From Planctomycetaceae bacterium (GTDB taxonomy: Bacteria; Planctomycetota; Planctomycetia; Planctomycetales; Planctomycetaceae), in the NCBI GenBank assembly GCA_020426125.1, contig JAGQQQ010000074.1, positions 1-16,251 on the forward strand: a stretch of DNA of 16,251 bases. The letters run 5' to 3'. The notes beneath the pieces were generated by a model. That model saw only the letters and a list, made by a program, of their open reading frames with translations. It ran no database searches and was not told the origin of the DNA. Below, piece by piece: positions 1-8,848 of the stretch; the first letter of the stretch is position 1; each line of letters opens with the position of its first letter. The position numbers were made by a program, and so were the translations under genes.

Positions 1-449
1 ACAGAGTTGTGGGTAACTCACAGGCTGAACTCAATCAGCCTTCCCTACCCCTATCTCGACTGGTGCCACGAAGACAGAGGGCCCCAAGTTGACCGTTTTG
101 GCTCCGATGGGCGGTGTCGACTTGGTCTGACCCCAGTCTCATGCGGATCTGAGTCTTGACTAGACCGGGGGGAGCGAGCGGTTCTCTTGACAAACCCCCG
201 TTGCGAAGAATTCGAGAGGCAACGGACGGGATCACCATCGGGATGACCGACGAATTCGGGTCTCGTTTTACGACGAGTGGGTGGTGGGTAGCCAATCGTG
301 GGTAGGAAAAACAGATATGAGCAAACATTTGCCAAAAAAACGCAGTTTGAATTCCCTATCAACTGCCCACTTTAGGCTTTGTAGACGACGATCCTGTGCC
401 AGGAAGTGTGGCCCTTCTGAGAATGCGATGATGATTTCAAGGTCACTCC

Positions 450-1685
450 TTACTCTCGAATTTTCACGCAGACCATCTCCGCATTGTCTCGCACGTACAA
501 GAGCCCATTTGCGAGAGACGGGGCTTGCCTAGTTTCCCCAAAAAGGGGAGCCCGGCTCAATTCGACAAACTTGTTTGGTGTCGCTTGGACGATTACCAGT
601 TCCCCGTCCATGGTGGTGCACCAGAGTTTGCCATCGGCGGCGATGGCGTTACCTTTCCCGAAGCGTCGTTGCCGCCAACGAAGTTCTCCCGTCTTTGCAT
701 TCACACAATTCAGATTTGTCACGGGTCCCGCGCTGCCGACATTGTCAAAGCCGTAGAGGTTTCCGTCGATCAAAAGAGCGGTCTGCCATTCGTTGCGAAA
801 CACGCTCTGCGGTCCGAACGATGTCCAGGTTTCGGTGACGTCGCCCGTCGAAGTTTCGGGGACACTGAGCAACGCGGACCCGTGATTCTCGCCCGACGAA
901 ATGAAGACCTCGTTCTCCACGGCAATTGGTGTCGCGATGTTGCAGTTGTAGTCGGTTGGGTATTCATAGTTCCAGAGTGGGGTTCCGGTCTCTGGTGTCA
1001 AGCTCAGGACGCCGGCGCCATGAAAGACCACCAGTTGATTTTTGCCATTGAGCGTTAGTAAGGCGGGTGACGAATAACCGGCTGGAGAGCCTTTTCCCGA
1101 CGTCCAGGCGACTTTTCCCGATTTGCGTTCAAAGGCCGCGACGGTGGCATCCGGCATCCCGACCGTGACTACGACGAATTCTCCCGAGATCAATGGAGAA
1201 CAGGCCATGCCGTACTCGGCGTCGCGGCCTCCCCATTCTTTTCTTGTATCGACAGACCAGATTTGTCGACCCGTCTGGCGATTCAGACACACGAGGATTC
1301 CTTCTCCAGTGAAAGCGAACACTTGGTCGTCCCCTACCGTTGGAGTCGCACGGGGACCATTTCCCATCGAATTCTTGTAAGTCGGAGCGACGGCGGTCTT
1401 CCATCGTTCTTCTCCGGACTTGGCGTTCAGAGCGACGACATACTGTGTCGTATCATCCTGAAAGAGAGTCCAGGCCGTTCCTCCGACCACGGCAATCCCC
1501 GACATTCCCACACCGAGTGGTCGCCGCCAGACAATCTCCGGACCGGACTCCGGCCAGACATTGATGAGTCCGGTCTCCGTCGAGACTCCGTTTCGATCTG
1601 GACCAAGAAACTGTGGCCAATCGCCCGCGAAAGCAGAAGTGCCCGCCGCGAGAAGGATGAGAATGGCAGAAACGATCCGTGTCAT
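450..1685 (-). CDS. Secreted PQQ-like beta-propeller repeat protein (BamB/PQQ enzyme repeat family)
   Basis: 411-aa ORF. N-terminal signal peptide MTRIVSAILILLAAGTSAFAGDWPQF. Repeated W/G-rich blade-like segments typical of PQQ beta-propellers. GC3-rich codons on the minus strand. Confidence 0.75.
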   Translation of the reverse strand: MTRIVSAILILLAAGTSAFAGDWPQFLGPDRNGVSTETGLINVWPESGPEIVWRRPLGVGMSGIAVVGGTAWTLFQDDTTQYVVALNAKSGEERWKTAVAPTYKNSMGNGPRATPTVGDDQVFAFTGEGILVCLNRQTGRQIWSVDTRKEWGGRDAEYGMACSPLISGEFVVVTVGMPDATVAAFERKSGKVAWTSGKGSPAGYSSPALLTLNGKNQLVVFHGAGVLSLTPETGTPLWNYEYPTDYNCNIATPIAVENEVFISSGENHGSALLSVPETSTGDVTETWTSFGPQSVFRNEWQTALLIDGNLYGFDNVGSAGPVTNLNCVNAKTGELRWRQRRFGKGNAIAADGKLWCTTMDGELVIVQATPNKFVELSRAPLFGETRQAPSLANGLLYVRDNAEMVCVKIRE

Positions 1686-1874
1686 GTCAACTCCATCGAA
1701 AAAATCTCAATCTGAACTCTTCGCTGGAGGATACCGGATTCACGTCACCAAGCCGAACCTGGGCGACGAAGTTTTCGAGTTGAAGCTCGGGGAAGCGTCG
1801 ATGTGGCGACTGAAGGCATGCCGCGTCTGGACGCGAATGCCTGAGAACCCCTTCGAGATCCTTCTCGTTCCAAG

Positions 1875-2630
1875 TCAGACCGTTTTGGCTTCCGCAAGAA
1901 ACTCGCGTGTTACCTCAAGCTGGGGGGCCTCGAAGATCTGTTCCGGGGGGCCGGATTCGGCGATGCGGCCGGCGTGGAGGATGTGTACCCGGTGGGCGAC
2001 CATGCGGGCAAAGCCCATCGCGTGGGTGACGACAATCATTGTCTGGCCAGCCTGGGCGAGGTCGCTCATCACACTGATCACTTCGCCGGTCATTCGGGGA
2101 TCGAGTGCACTGGTCGGTTCGTCAAAGAGAATCGCTTCTGGGTTCATCGCGAGGGCTCGCGCGATGGCCACCCGTTGCTGTTGTCCTCCCGAGAGGGACG
2201 TCGGACGGGCATCCTCTTTGTCCCGCAGTCCAACTCGGTCCAGCAGTCGTCGGGCATTCGAGATCGCCTCGTTGCGATTCTTCCCCAAGACGTGGATGGG
2301 GGCCTCCGTGATGTTCTCCAACACGGACCGATGGGGAAACAGATTGAACTGCTGAAAGACCATTCCCACTCGGCGGCGAATTGCGGCGAGGGCCAGTTCC
2401 CGTTGCGGTCCTTCTCGGGAATCGAGCGTCGTGTCTCCGACTCGAATTGATCCCTCGTCGAATGTTTCCAGCCCGTTGATGGTTCTCAGCAGTGTACTCT
2501 TCCCTCCGCCGGATGGTCCGAGCAGGACGCACACTTCCCCGGAGGCAACCTGCAAGGAGACCCCTTTCAGGACTTCCGACTGGCCGAATCGTTTGGTGAT
2601 CTTGTCCAAAATGATCATGGGAACATCCAA
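1875..2630 (-). CDS. ABC transporter ATP-binding protein (polar amino acid uptake type, GlnQ/HisP-like)
   Basis: Walker A GPSGGGKST, ABC signature LSGGQQQRVAIARAL, Walker B ILFDEPTSALD, and an H-loop (VVTHAM). Length 251 aa. An alternative start lies 4 codons in (MIILDK). Confidence 0.85.
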   Translation of the reverse strand: MDVPMIILDKITKRFGQSEVLKGVSLQVASGEVCVLLGPSGGGKSTLLRTINGLETFDEGSIRVGDTTLDSREGPQRELALAAIRRRVGMVFQQFNLFPHRSVLENITEAPIHVLGKNRNEAISNARRLLDRVGLRDKEDARPTSLSGGQQQRVAIARALAMNPEAILFDEPTSALDPRMTGEVISVMSDLAQAGQTMIVVTHAMGFARMVAHRVHILHAGRIAESGPPEQIFEAPQLEVTREFLAEAKTV

Positions 2631-2920
2631 GGGGCCAAGTTGATATCGGGCGATCCGGTCTCAATGGAGTTGGTCGCTCAGGCGAAGCCTGGAGATTACC
2701 ATACGATGGATGATTTCCACCAATCGAACTGTCTGCCATTCCGTTCGCTGTCTCGCTCCTTGGGAGTCCTGATACGTTTGCGATCAGGATTCGGCGTTCG
2801 GGGACATGCCCGCTGTCTGGATTCGCGGCTGATTTGGGCCCTTGGAGTTGCCCCATCGGTGACGTAACCGATTCTCAGCTTCGTGTTTCCTGACTTGGCC
2901 CACATCATTAGAATTGCCGA

Positions 2921-3481
2921 ATGAGTCAGATGGACGAAACCTCGAACGAACTTCCATTCATTCAGCGGGCCGAACGCTGGCTGGCGGAGTTGTCCGTTCG
3001 CAACAATTTCTGGCATCGCGTTTTTGCCTTCTTCTTTCTTCCGTCCGCCTGGAGAAGCGGGATCGCCATGCGATGGACGGAGGGGCAGCTCACGCCACGA
3101 ATGCCGTTCCGCAGGGCCAACCGAAACTGGTATGGCGCGATGTCCGGCGCCGCATTGTCAGGAAACGCGGAGATCGCCGGCGGATTGATCCTGAATCGGA
3201 GAGTGGGCCGGGACTACACCTGTGTCTGCAAGAGTCTCAATTATCGGTTTTTGAGACCCTGCCTGGGACCAGCAGAATATCACCTCGAATCTCTCGAAGG
3301 TCTGGAAGACGGAATGGCCTCCGAACGGGAATTTAACGTCGACCTGAAACTTCGCGTTTTCCAGGTGGAAAAGGATGCGAACCGCATCGTCGGGAAAGCC
3401 GAGATTACCTACCATCTTGCCCCGAAAAGCCTCGTGAAGAGCAGTATTTTCCATCCCTCGGGAAAACGGCGACGCAAATGA
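2921..3481 (+). CDS. Hypothetical protein, tentatively a DUF4442/YiiD_C-like hotdog-fold (thioesterase-like) protein
   Basis: 186-aa ORF with good GC3 bias. From memory only, the pattern of conserved residues (R-W...NW/YxGxxxGxxLxxxAE, then DYxxxxK..Y/RxxxP) recalls DUF4442 hotdog proteins. I could not verify this without a search. Confidence 0.5.
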   Translation: MSQMDETSNELPFIQRAERWLAELSVRNNFWHRVFAFFFLPSAWRSGIAMRWTEGQLTPRMPFRRANRNWYGAMSGAALSGNAEIAGGLILNRRVGRDYTCVCKSLNYRFLRPCLGPAEYHLESLEGLEDGMASEREFNVDLKLRVFQVEKDANRIVGKAEITYHLAPKSLVKSSIFHPSGKRRRK

Positions 3482-3502
3482 CATCCCAGACCGGCGGACA
3501 CC

Positions 3503-4609
3503 ATGCGTGACACAATCCTCGCAGGTCTTGCGCTCGCCAGCAGTTGGACTTGGGTCATTGGCATGTACCTCCCCCGAATCCTGCTGGAGCGATTTGGATG
3601 GGCTGGGTTCTTCGTCTTCGCCGTCTCCAATGTTCTGGGATGCGCTGCGTTCGGGCGAGTTGTCCACGACGAGGGAGAGATCAATGAGCGGATCAGCAAC
3701 TCCGCGAGTTGGTTTTCCTCCGCGACGATTGCCTTTCACTTGTTCTTTAGCGTCTTCCTTACAAAGACTCTCTGGCCCGAGGATTATGGCGTTCTCCCTG
3801 ATTCTTACGTCTTTCTGAGCCCATTGCTCCTTCTTGGAGCCGCCTATCCGTTGTCTCTGCTGAATCTCCGACGGCTCATCCTGGTCGGAGCCCTCATTTG
3901 GTGCTTCTCACTATCCTGCCTTTTCTGTTTGTGGGGGAATTCCGTTGATGTGAGACCGGCGAGTCCTTCGGTGGAATCGTTCTACTTGCTTCCGCTGATG
4001 GCGGGGGGATTCCTCATTTGTCCCTATCTCGATCTGACCTTTTACGAGGTCCGGAAAGCGTACTCCCAGCGCGCCTTCGATGTTTTTGGCATTGCGTTCT
4101 CGGCCATGTTGGCACTCACCGTCCTGATCTGGATGACGCCCCCGCCCCATCTGTGGTGGCTGCCGCTTCTTCACCTCGGTTTGCAGTCCGTGTTCACGAT
4201 CGCGTTTCACATTGGCGCGCTGCGAAGAGAGCGGCAGCGGAGAAACGATTCGAACCTGTTCCCCGCGCAAGCCGTATTCCTGCCCTGTCTCGTTTCCCTC
4301 CTCGCCTGGTACGGGCTCACAGGGGGACGATCGTCCGATGAACTCTGGTACCTCCGATTCCTGTTCCTGTATGGAGTGGCCTTTCCCTCGATCTTTCTCG
4401 TCAGCAGAAAGTTCCAGGGAGGTCCGCTCATTCTCTCGGTTGTTCTCATCATGGCTGCGACGGCCTATCCCGCCGAACTCTGCTTTGCACGCAACGAGCC
4501 GGCTTGGGCACTCATGCCAGGCGGCGCGGTGCTCCTCCTTTTTGCATTTTTCAGGGATCGTCCAGAAAACATTGGCCGGGACCCCGAGCGCCAAGGCGCC
4601 CATCGCTGA
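3503..4609 (+). CDS. Polytopic integral membrane protein of unknown function
   Basis: 368 aa with roughly 9-10 hydrophobic segments, aromatic-rich, strong GC3 bias. It starts 21 nt after the stop of the preceding gene, so co-transcription is likely. The overlapping antisense ORF 3911..4642 was rejected. Confidence 0.6.
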   Translation: MRDTILAGLALASSWTWVIGMYLPRILLERFGWAGFFVFAVSNVLGCAAFGRVVHDEGEINERISNSASWFSSATIAFHLFFSVFLTKTLWPEDYGVLPDSYVFLSPLLLLGAAYPLSLLNLRRLILVGALIWCFSLSCLFCLWGNSVDVRPASPSVESFYLLPLMAGGFLICPYLDLTFYEVRKAYSQRAFDVFGIAFSAMLALTVLIWMTPPPHLWWLPLLHLGLQSVFTIAFHIGALRRERQRRNDSNLFPAQAVFLPCLVSLLAWYGLTGGRSSDELWYLRFLFLYGVAFPSIFLVSRKFQGGPLILSVVLIMAATAYPAELCFARNEPAWALMPGGAVLLLFAFFRDRPENIGRDPERQGAHR

Positions 4610-4912
4610 GTGATCGTCGAAGGAGGAATGCTCTCCACTCAACGGAACTCGACGATCAGAGGCATCGTGGCCCGGTACAGCGGGTGCGGTGGGAGAGTCA
4701 ACCCCGTCCCGCGAGTTAGGTCACATCCTGACCGAAGCGGAGGTCGAGGATGTCAATGAAGGGATTCTCCTGGCGCCTCCACTCGTTGAGACAAACACGT
4801 GGCATTCGTTGAACGACCTGGACGGTGGGACGGTGAGGACTCGTCTTGACCGGTTTTCGAAATTGGCCGACGATTCTCCAAGGAAGCCAAAGGGAACCAG
4901 GGAACGGAATCC

Positions 4913-5515
4913 ATGCCGCAGAAATTCGCAAAGGAATTGTCCAATTCCCGCATCTCTTGGAGGAAGCTTGCTGGATTGCTCAAGAAGCAAGATTGGAAGA
5001 AGTTGGCTATCTGGGCAATCGTTTCCGTGTTGACGACCGGGGTTCCAGCTTCGCTTGAAGCAGCGGCGCGGAAGCTCGCCAGTGATTCGCTTTCTCTTGG
5101 GTTTGATGACCTCTATGCCCAAACAGCCCCACTCATTTGGGCCGTGACGATGGTCGCGTTTGCGGGGCATCGAGGTTGGCTATCCAACGGAGGGTTGCTT
5201 CCCGCATGTGGACTGCTCCTCTTGGGAGGATGGCTGGGCCATTTGCTTCAACACCCCGGAGCGGTCCAACCGGCTTCCGCCCTTTCCTCGGAAGGTCAGG
5301 GATTGTCCATTCTTCTCGTCTTTTCCGCCATCAATCTCGGACTCGCCTGGCTCGCCGCCTACGGCTGGGGCGCCTTTCTCTCCTCGATCGTCGTCGGCAC
5401 CGTTTTAGGAATCGGTTGGAGTAAAGGGCTTGAAAGCCTCTATCGCAGGGTCACGGCTGATCCGTCGCGTTCCCCGCGCACTCAGGAAAACCGCGAGTCA
5501 CGGCGCGCGGCTTGA
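4913..5515 (+). CDS. Small membrane protein of unknown function (about 4 TM segments)
   Basis: 200-aa ORF with several hydrophobic stretches (AIWAIVSVLTTGV, LIWAVTMVAFAG, LLPACGLLLLGGWLG, ILLVFSAINLGLAWLAAYGWGAFLSSIVVGTVLGIG). The codon bias fits the host. Confidence 0.5.
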   Translation: MPQKFAKELSNSRISWRKLAGLLKKQDWKKLAIWAIVSVLTTGVPASLEAAARKLASDSLSLGFDDLYAQTAPLIWAVTMVAFAGHRGWLSNGGLLPACGLLLLGGWLGHLLQHPGAVQPASALSSEGQGLSILLVFSAINLGLAWLAAYGWGAFLSSIVVGTVLGIGWSKGLESLYRRVTADPSRSPRTQENRESRRAA

Positions 5516-5548
5516 CTCGGATACGTTGGTGATCGTCGCAGTCGAGGG

Positions 5549-5566
5549 GGCAACAGAACTGTTGCC
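5549..5566. terminator. GC-rich inverted repeat GGCAACAG-AA-CTGTTGCC between convergent genes (possible U-less bidirectional terminator or protein-binding palindrome)
   Basis: Perfect 8-bp arms read directly from the sequence. There is no T-tract on either side. It sits in the 190-bp gap between the 3' ends of 4913..5515 (+) and 5708..6661 (-). Confidence 0.3.
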
Positions 5567-5707
5567 GCTGGACTTCCAAGAGTACGGGATGCCGTGCCTC
5601 GTTGAAGTCGAATCGATAGCAATTCGCGAGGGGCACTTTTCCGGGAGAGTTTGTGAGAAAAAACGTCCTCATCTCAGCTATTCGATGAGTTGAGGGACAA
5701 ATCGGGG

Positions 5708-6661
5708 CTATCCGAGCTGGCGCGTTTCCACGAGTTGGGCCAACTGAAGCACTTCCTGGTCATTGCTCAGTAACCGGTTGTCAATGGGCCGCGAGCATTT
5801 GAGTCCGGCAGCGGCGATCGCGAATCGTAGCGTCTGCTCTGGCAACCATCCGTTCCAGGTCGCGTGAATCAGGGCAGCGGAGAAGATGTCTCCGGCCCCG
5901 TTGGTATCGATGATCTTTTCGAGGGGGAGGGATTTTCCCGTCCAGGTTTGGCCGTTGGCATGCAGGACGACGTCGCGTGGGCCGTCAGTAGCCGTGACCA
6001 ACCGGGGGCCAAATTCGGCGATCCGTCGTGTCGCGGAGATAAGATCCGAGCTTCCGAAAAACTGTTCACAAAAGACACGAGGACAATTCACGACATCGGC
6101 GAAACACAGGAGCTGATCAATACCGGGCTTGGGAGATCCTGTGTCGATGCAAACCAGTTTGTCTTGAGCCTTCATCGCTCTCGCAGCGCGAGCCGCTGCC
6201 TCATAGGCCCAACCGTCGAGATGAAGAGCATCAACTTCGTTAATGACGGACGGGGTGACAAGTGACTCCAGGTCGGTCGGTTGAGGTCGGACTGTGGCGC
6301 TCGTGCGGAGGCCCGTTGACTCTTCGACCCAGACATGACTGAGCCCGGTGGTCTCGCCATGCCGACAGCCATTTGGGAAGCGGATGCCGTCGGCGGCGAG
6401 CCACTGTTCGACGAGATGACCAAATGGGTCTTCTCCCCATCGGCTGATTAGTTGAGGCTGCCATCCCAATCGGTTCAGTTGGGCGAGAGCGACGGGAACC
6501 GGACCGCCCCCGTGAAGGTGGCTGCCATTGGCTTCGTTCTTTGTGTCGACCTCGGGATGCCGGGGGAAGGTGAGCACATGGTCGATGACGACGACGCCAA
6601 TCCCGAGAATACGGGGGGATGTTTTCTGACAGGCTTGGGGTCTCGTTGAACGTGTCGACAT
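5708..6661 (-). CDS. PfkB-family carbohydrate/ribokinase-like sugar kinase
   Basis: N-terminal ILGIGVVVIDHV motif and C-terminal DTNGAGDIFSAALI anion-hole motif, both characteristic of the ribokinase/PfkB superfamily. 317 aa. Confidence 0.8.
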   Translation of the reverse strand: MSTRSTRPQACQKTSPRILGIGVVVIDHVLTFPRHPEVDTKNEANGSHLHGGGPVPVALAQLNRLGWQPQLISRWGEDPFGHLVEQWLAADGIRFPNGCRHGETTGLSHVWVEESTGLRTSATVRPQPTDLESLVTPSVINEVDALHLDGWAYEAAARAARAMKAQDKLVCIDTGSPKPGIDQLLCFADVVNCPRVFCEQFFGSSDLISATRRIAEFGPRLVTATDGPRDVVLHANGQTWTGKSLPLEKIIDTNGAGDIFSAALIHATWNGWLPEQTLRFAIAAAGLKCSRPIDNRLLSNDQEVLQLAQLVETRQLG

Positions 6662-6778
6662 TCCGGAATGAGGGACCTCTGAGTTTCGGTGAGGTGTGGT
6701 TCAAGCGAAGTGGTCAGGCAGAAAGAACGCGGAATCTCGCAGGCACAGTGAGGAGACACCCCCAACTCTCCCTGCCGA

Positions 6779-8380
6779 TTAACCGATGCCGAGTTGGCCT
6801 TCGTCCTTGAAGAGCTTGTATTCGACGGCATCGACTAACGCGAGCCAGCTGGCTTCGATGACGTTTTCGCTGACTCCGATGGTGCTCCAGACGTCCTTTT
6901 CGTCAGCACTCTCAATGACCACGCGGACGCTCGCGGCAGTCCCCTCGGCAGAGTTGATGACGCGAACTTTGTAGTCGACGAGGTGCATATTCTGAAGCAT
7001 GGGATACGTGTCAATGAGTGCCTTGCGAAGGGCGGTGTCGAGGGCATTCACCGGACCATCACCTTCGGCGACTTCGTGGCGGACCGGTCCATCGCCATTG
7101 ATCTTGAGTTTCACCGTCGCCTCGGTGAGCGGCTCGGTTTGCCCGGCCGTCTCGACGTTGACACGATAGTGGATCCGTTGAAACTTCGGTTCGTAGGTTC
7201 CGGCTTCCTTCTTCACGAGCAAATCAAACGAAGCTTCGGCAGCTTCAAATTGATAGCCGACATTTTCGAGTTCCTGGACCCGTTGCAGGATTTTGGTCAT
7301 CAGTTCCTGGTCATGGTCCAGTTTGTACTTTGTCGTCTTTGCAACGATGTTCGACCTTCCGGACAACTCGCTGACAAGGACTCTGCGTTGGTTGCCGACG
7401 ATGTCGGGATTGATGTGTTCGTAGCTATGGGCGATGCGATTGACGGCGTGGACGTGCATCCCTCCCTTATGAGCGAACGCACTCCGACCAACGTAAGCCT
7501 GGTTGCTTCGAAAGTTCATGTTGGCGAGTTCGTAAACGTATCGAGAAACCTCCGTGAGATGGGAGACGCCAGTTCCGTTTTGCATCAGGTGATAGCCGTC
7601 CTTCTTCAGGGCCAGATTCGCCGCGACGGAGATCAGGTCGGCATTTCCGCAGCGTTCGCCGATGCCGTTGATCGTTCCCTGCACTTGGACCGCACCCGCA
7701 TCGACAGCGGCCAGGCTATTGGCGACTGCGACGTCGCAGTCATTGTGGCAATGGATTCCGACTGGAATCTTGAGTTCTTTCTGAACCGTGTTGAGCGTGT
7801 TGACGATCCGCTCGGGGAGGCTCCCGCCGTTGGTATCGCAACAGACGATGATTTCCGCGCCGGCGTCTTGCGCCGCGAGTACCGTTTGCAGGGCATATTC
7901 CGAGTTGGCCGCGAAGCCGTCAAAAAAGTGTTCGGCGTCGTAGAAAACGCGGCGACCCTCGGCAACGAGAAACGCGATTGAGTCGCGAATCATCGCAAGG
8001 TTCTCCTCAAGATCGACGCGGAGAACTTCCGTGACATGGAGATCCCAGGTCTTGCCGACGATCGTGCACACAGGAGCGAGCGAATCGCGGAGTGCCTGCA
8101 TGCCGATATCGTCCTCGGCCAAAACGCCGCGCCGACGTGTCATCCCGAACGCGCAAACCTTCGCGTGTTTGAGCCCCAGATCTCGGACCTGCTGGAAGTA
8201 TTCGGTATCCTTTTCATTCGAGAGCGGATATCCCCCCTCGATGAAGTCAATCCCCAGTTCATCGAGCTTTCGGCTGATCATCAACTTGTCCTGCAGGGAA
8301 AAGTTGACTCCTTCGCCCTGGCTTCCGTCGCGAAGGGTGGTGTCATAGAGGTCGATGGTTCGACGCGAAGTGGAGGACAT
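6779..8380 (-). CDS. cimA: Citramalate synthase, alternate LeuA-related type (first step of threonine-independent isoleucine biosynthesis)
   Basis: 533 aa. N-terminus [23 protein letters not shown]...[12 protein letters not shown] matches the DRE-TIM metallolyase core of the CimA/LeuA_rel clade (DGSQ rather than the DGEQ of LeuA). The HxH metal site is present (GIHCHNDCD), and there is a long C-terminal regulatory domain. Confidence 0.75.
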   Translation of the reverse strand: MSSTSRRTIDLYDTTLRDGSQGEGVNFSLQDKLMISRKLDELGIDFIEGGYPLSNEKDTEYFQQVRDLGLKHAKVCAFGMTRRRGVLAEDDIGMQALRDSLAPVCTIVGKTWDLHVTEVLRVDLEENLAMIRDSIAFLVAEGRRVFYDAEHFFDGFAANSEYALQTVLAAQDAGAEIIVCCDTNGGSLPERIVNTLNTVQKELKIPVGIHCHNDCDVAVANSLAAVDAGAVQVQGTINGIGERCGNADLISVAANLALKKDGYHLMQNGTGVSHLTEVSRYVYELANMNFRSNQAYVGRSAFAHKGGMHVHAVNRIAHSYEHINPDIVGNQRRVLVSELSGRSNIVAKTTKYKLDHDQELMTKILQRVQELENVGYQFEAAEASFDLLVKKEAGTYEPKFQRIHYRVNVETAGQTEPLTEATVKLKINGDGPVRHEVAEGDGPVNALDTALRKALIDTYPMLQNMHLVDYKVRVINSAEGTAASVRVVIESADEKDVWSTIGVSENVIEASWLALVDAVEYKLFKDEGQLGIG

Positions 8381-8480
8381 GGCTGTCTGTTCCGATTCGA
8401 GAATTCAGGATCAAATTGTGAGGGGAACCTGTGATTGCGACTGGTTGGAAGTTCTTTGCCAGGAGGAAGGAACCACTGGT

Positions 8481-8523
8481 CCAAAAGAAAAACCCTCTCA
8501 AGCCAGGAGGACCTGAGAGGGTT
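8481..8523 (-). terminator. Intrinsic terminator/attenuator hairpin in the cimA leader
   Basis: Minus-strand RNA reads AACCCUCUCA-(13-nt loop)-UGAGAGGGUU followed by UUUCUUUUGG. That is a 10-bp stem plus a U-rich tract. It lies about 100 nt upstream of the cimA start and about 20 nt downstream of an Ile-rich mini-ORF. Confidence 0.5.
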
Positions 8524-8542
8524 GAGATTGAATCGACCGCTT

Positions 8543-8626
8543 TCAGATCTGCCTGAATATACCAATCATGATGCCGCGAATGATCGCGGAGATATCATCA
8601 AGGAGGGAACGGGAGAAGCCGATCAT
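8543..8626 (-). CDS. Putative isoleucine-rich leader peptide (27 aa: MIGFSRSLLDDISAIIRGIMIGIFRQI) for cimA attenuation
   Basis: ATG at 8626, stop TGA at 8545-8543. 8 of 27 codons are Ile (ATC/ATT/ATA) in a genome of about 62 percent GC. An AGGAAA purine tract sits 13-16 nt upstream of the ATG. The longer 90-aa version of this ORF (from 8815) has a nonsensical Arg/His/Cys-rich N-terminus, and it includes the predicted promoter. Confidence 0.45.
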   Translation of the reverse strand: MIGFSRSLLDDISAIIRGIMIGIFRQI

Positions 8627-8656
8627 GCGGACAGTTTTCCTGCGTAAGGGAACTGT

Positions 8657-8685
8657 ACAATAAGGTGGGCGTTCAGCAGCGTCAA
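8657..8685 (-). promoter_or_regulatory. Candidate sigma70-type promoter for the cimA leader transcript
   Basis: On the minus strand: TTGACG (-35, + coords 8680-8685), a 17-nt spacer, then TATTGT (-10, + coords 8657-8662). The predicted TSS is near 8650, about 25 nt before the leader ATG. Confidence 0.3.
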
Positions 8686-8848
8686 CAGGGAACCTTTCAA
8701 GCGTGGAAAAAAGCGGGCAAAACCGGCAGATTGCGTCGTCTGGATGTCTGTGTCTGGAATGTGATGTGTTCGTCACTTGTTGGGACATCGATCTGTTTTT
8801 CACCCGCGTCAACAAACAGGAAGCCGACGCTCTTCACTCGCCAGGCGG

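Noticed and set aside
1-449. ORF-free 450 bp at the window start, with a 6-bp G/C stem (166-171 with 195-200) and small ORFs 35..328 and 51..362
   Set aside because: The small ORFs have no coding periodicity. I found no tRNA-like T-arm (GGTTCGAATCC-type) or other recognisable RNA signature. The stem-loop is short with a 23-nt loop and no U-tract. This is probably the 3' flank of the PQQ gene, but it cannot be classified from sequence alone.
4610-4660. 9-bp inverted repeat GATCGTCGA...TCGACGATC right after the stop of 3503..4609
   Set aside because: The loop is 28 nt and there is no U-tract. It is too weak to call a terminator. It may simply be chance in GC-rich sequence.
8543-8815. 90-aa version of the mini-ORF upstream of cimA
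   Set aside because: The N-terminal 63 residues are Arg/His/Cys-rich nonsense and would span the predicted promoter. Only the last 27 codons, from the internal ATG at 8626, look meaningful. I kept those as a leader peptide.
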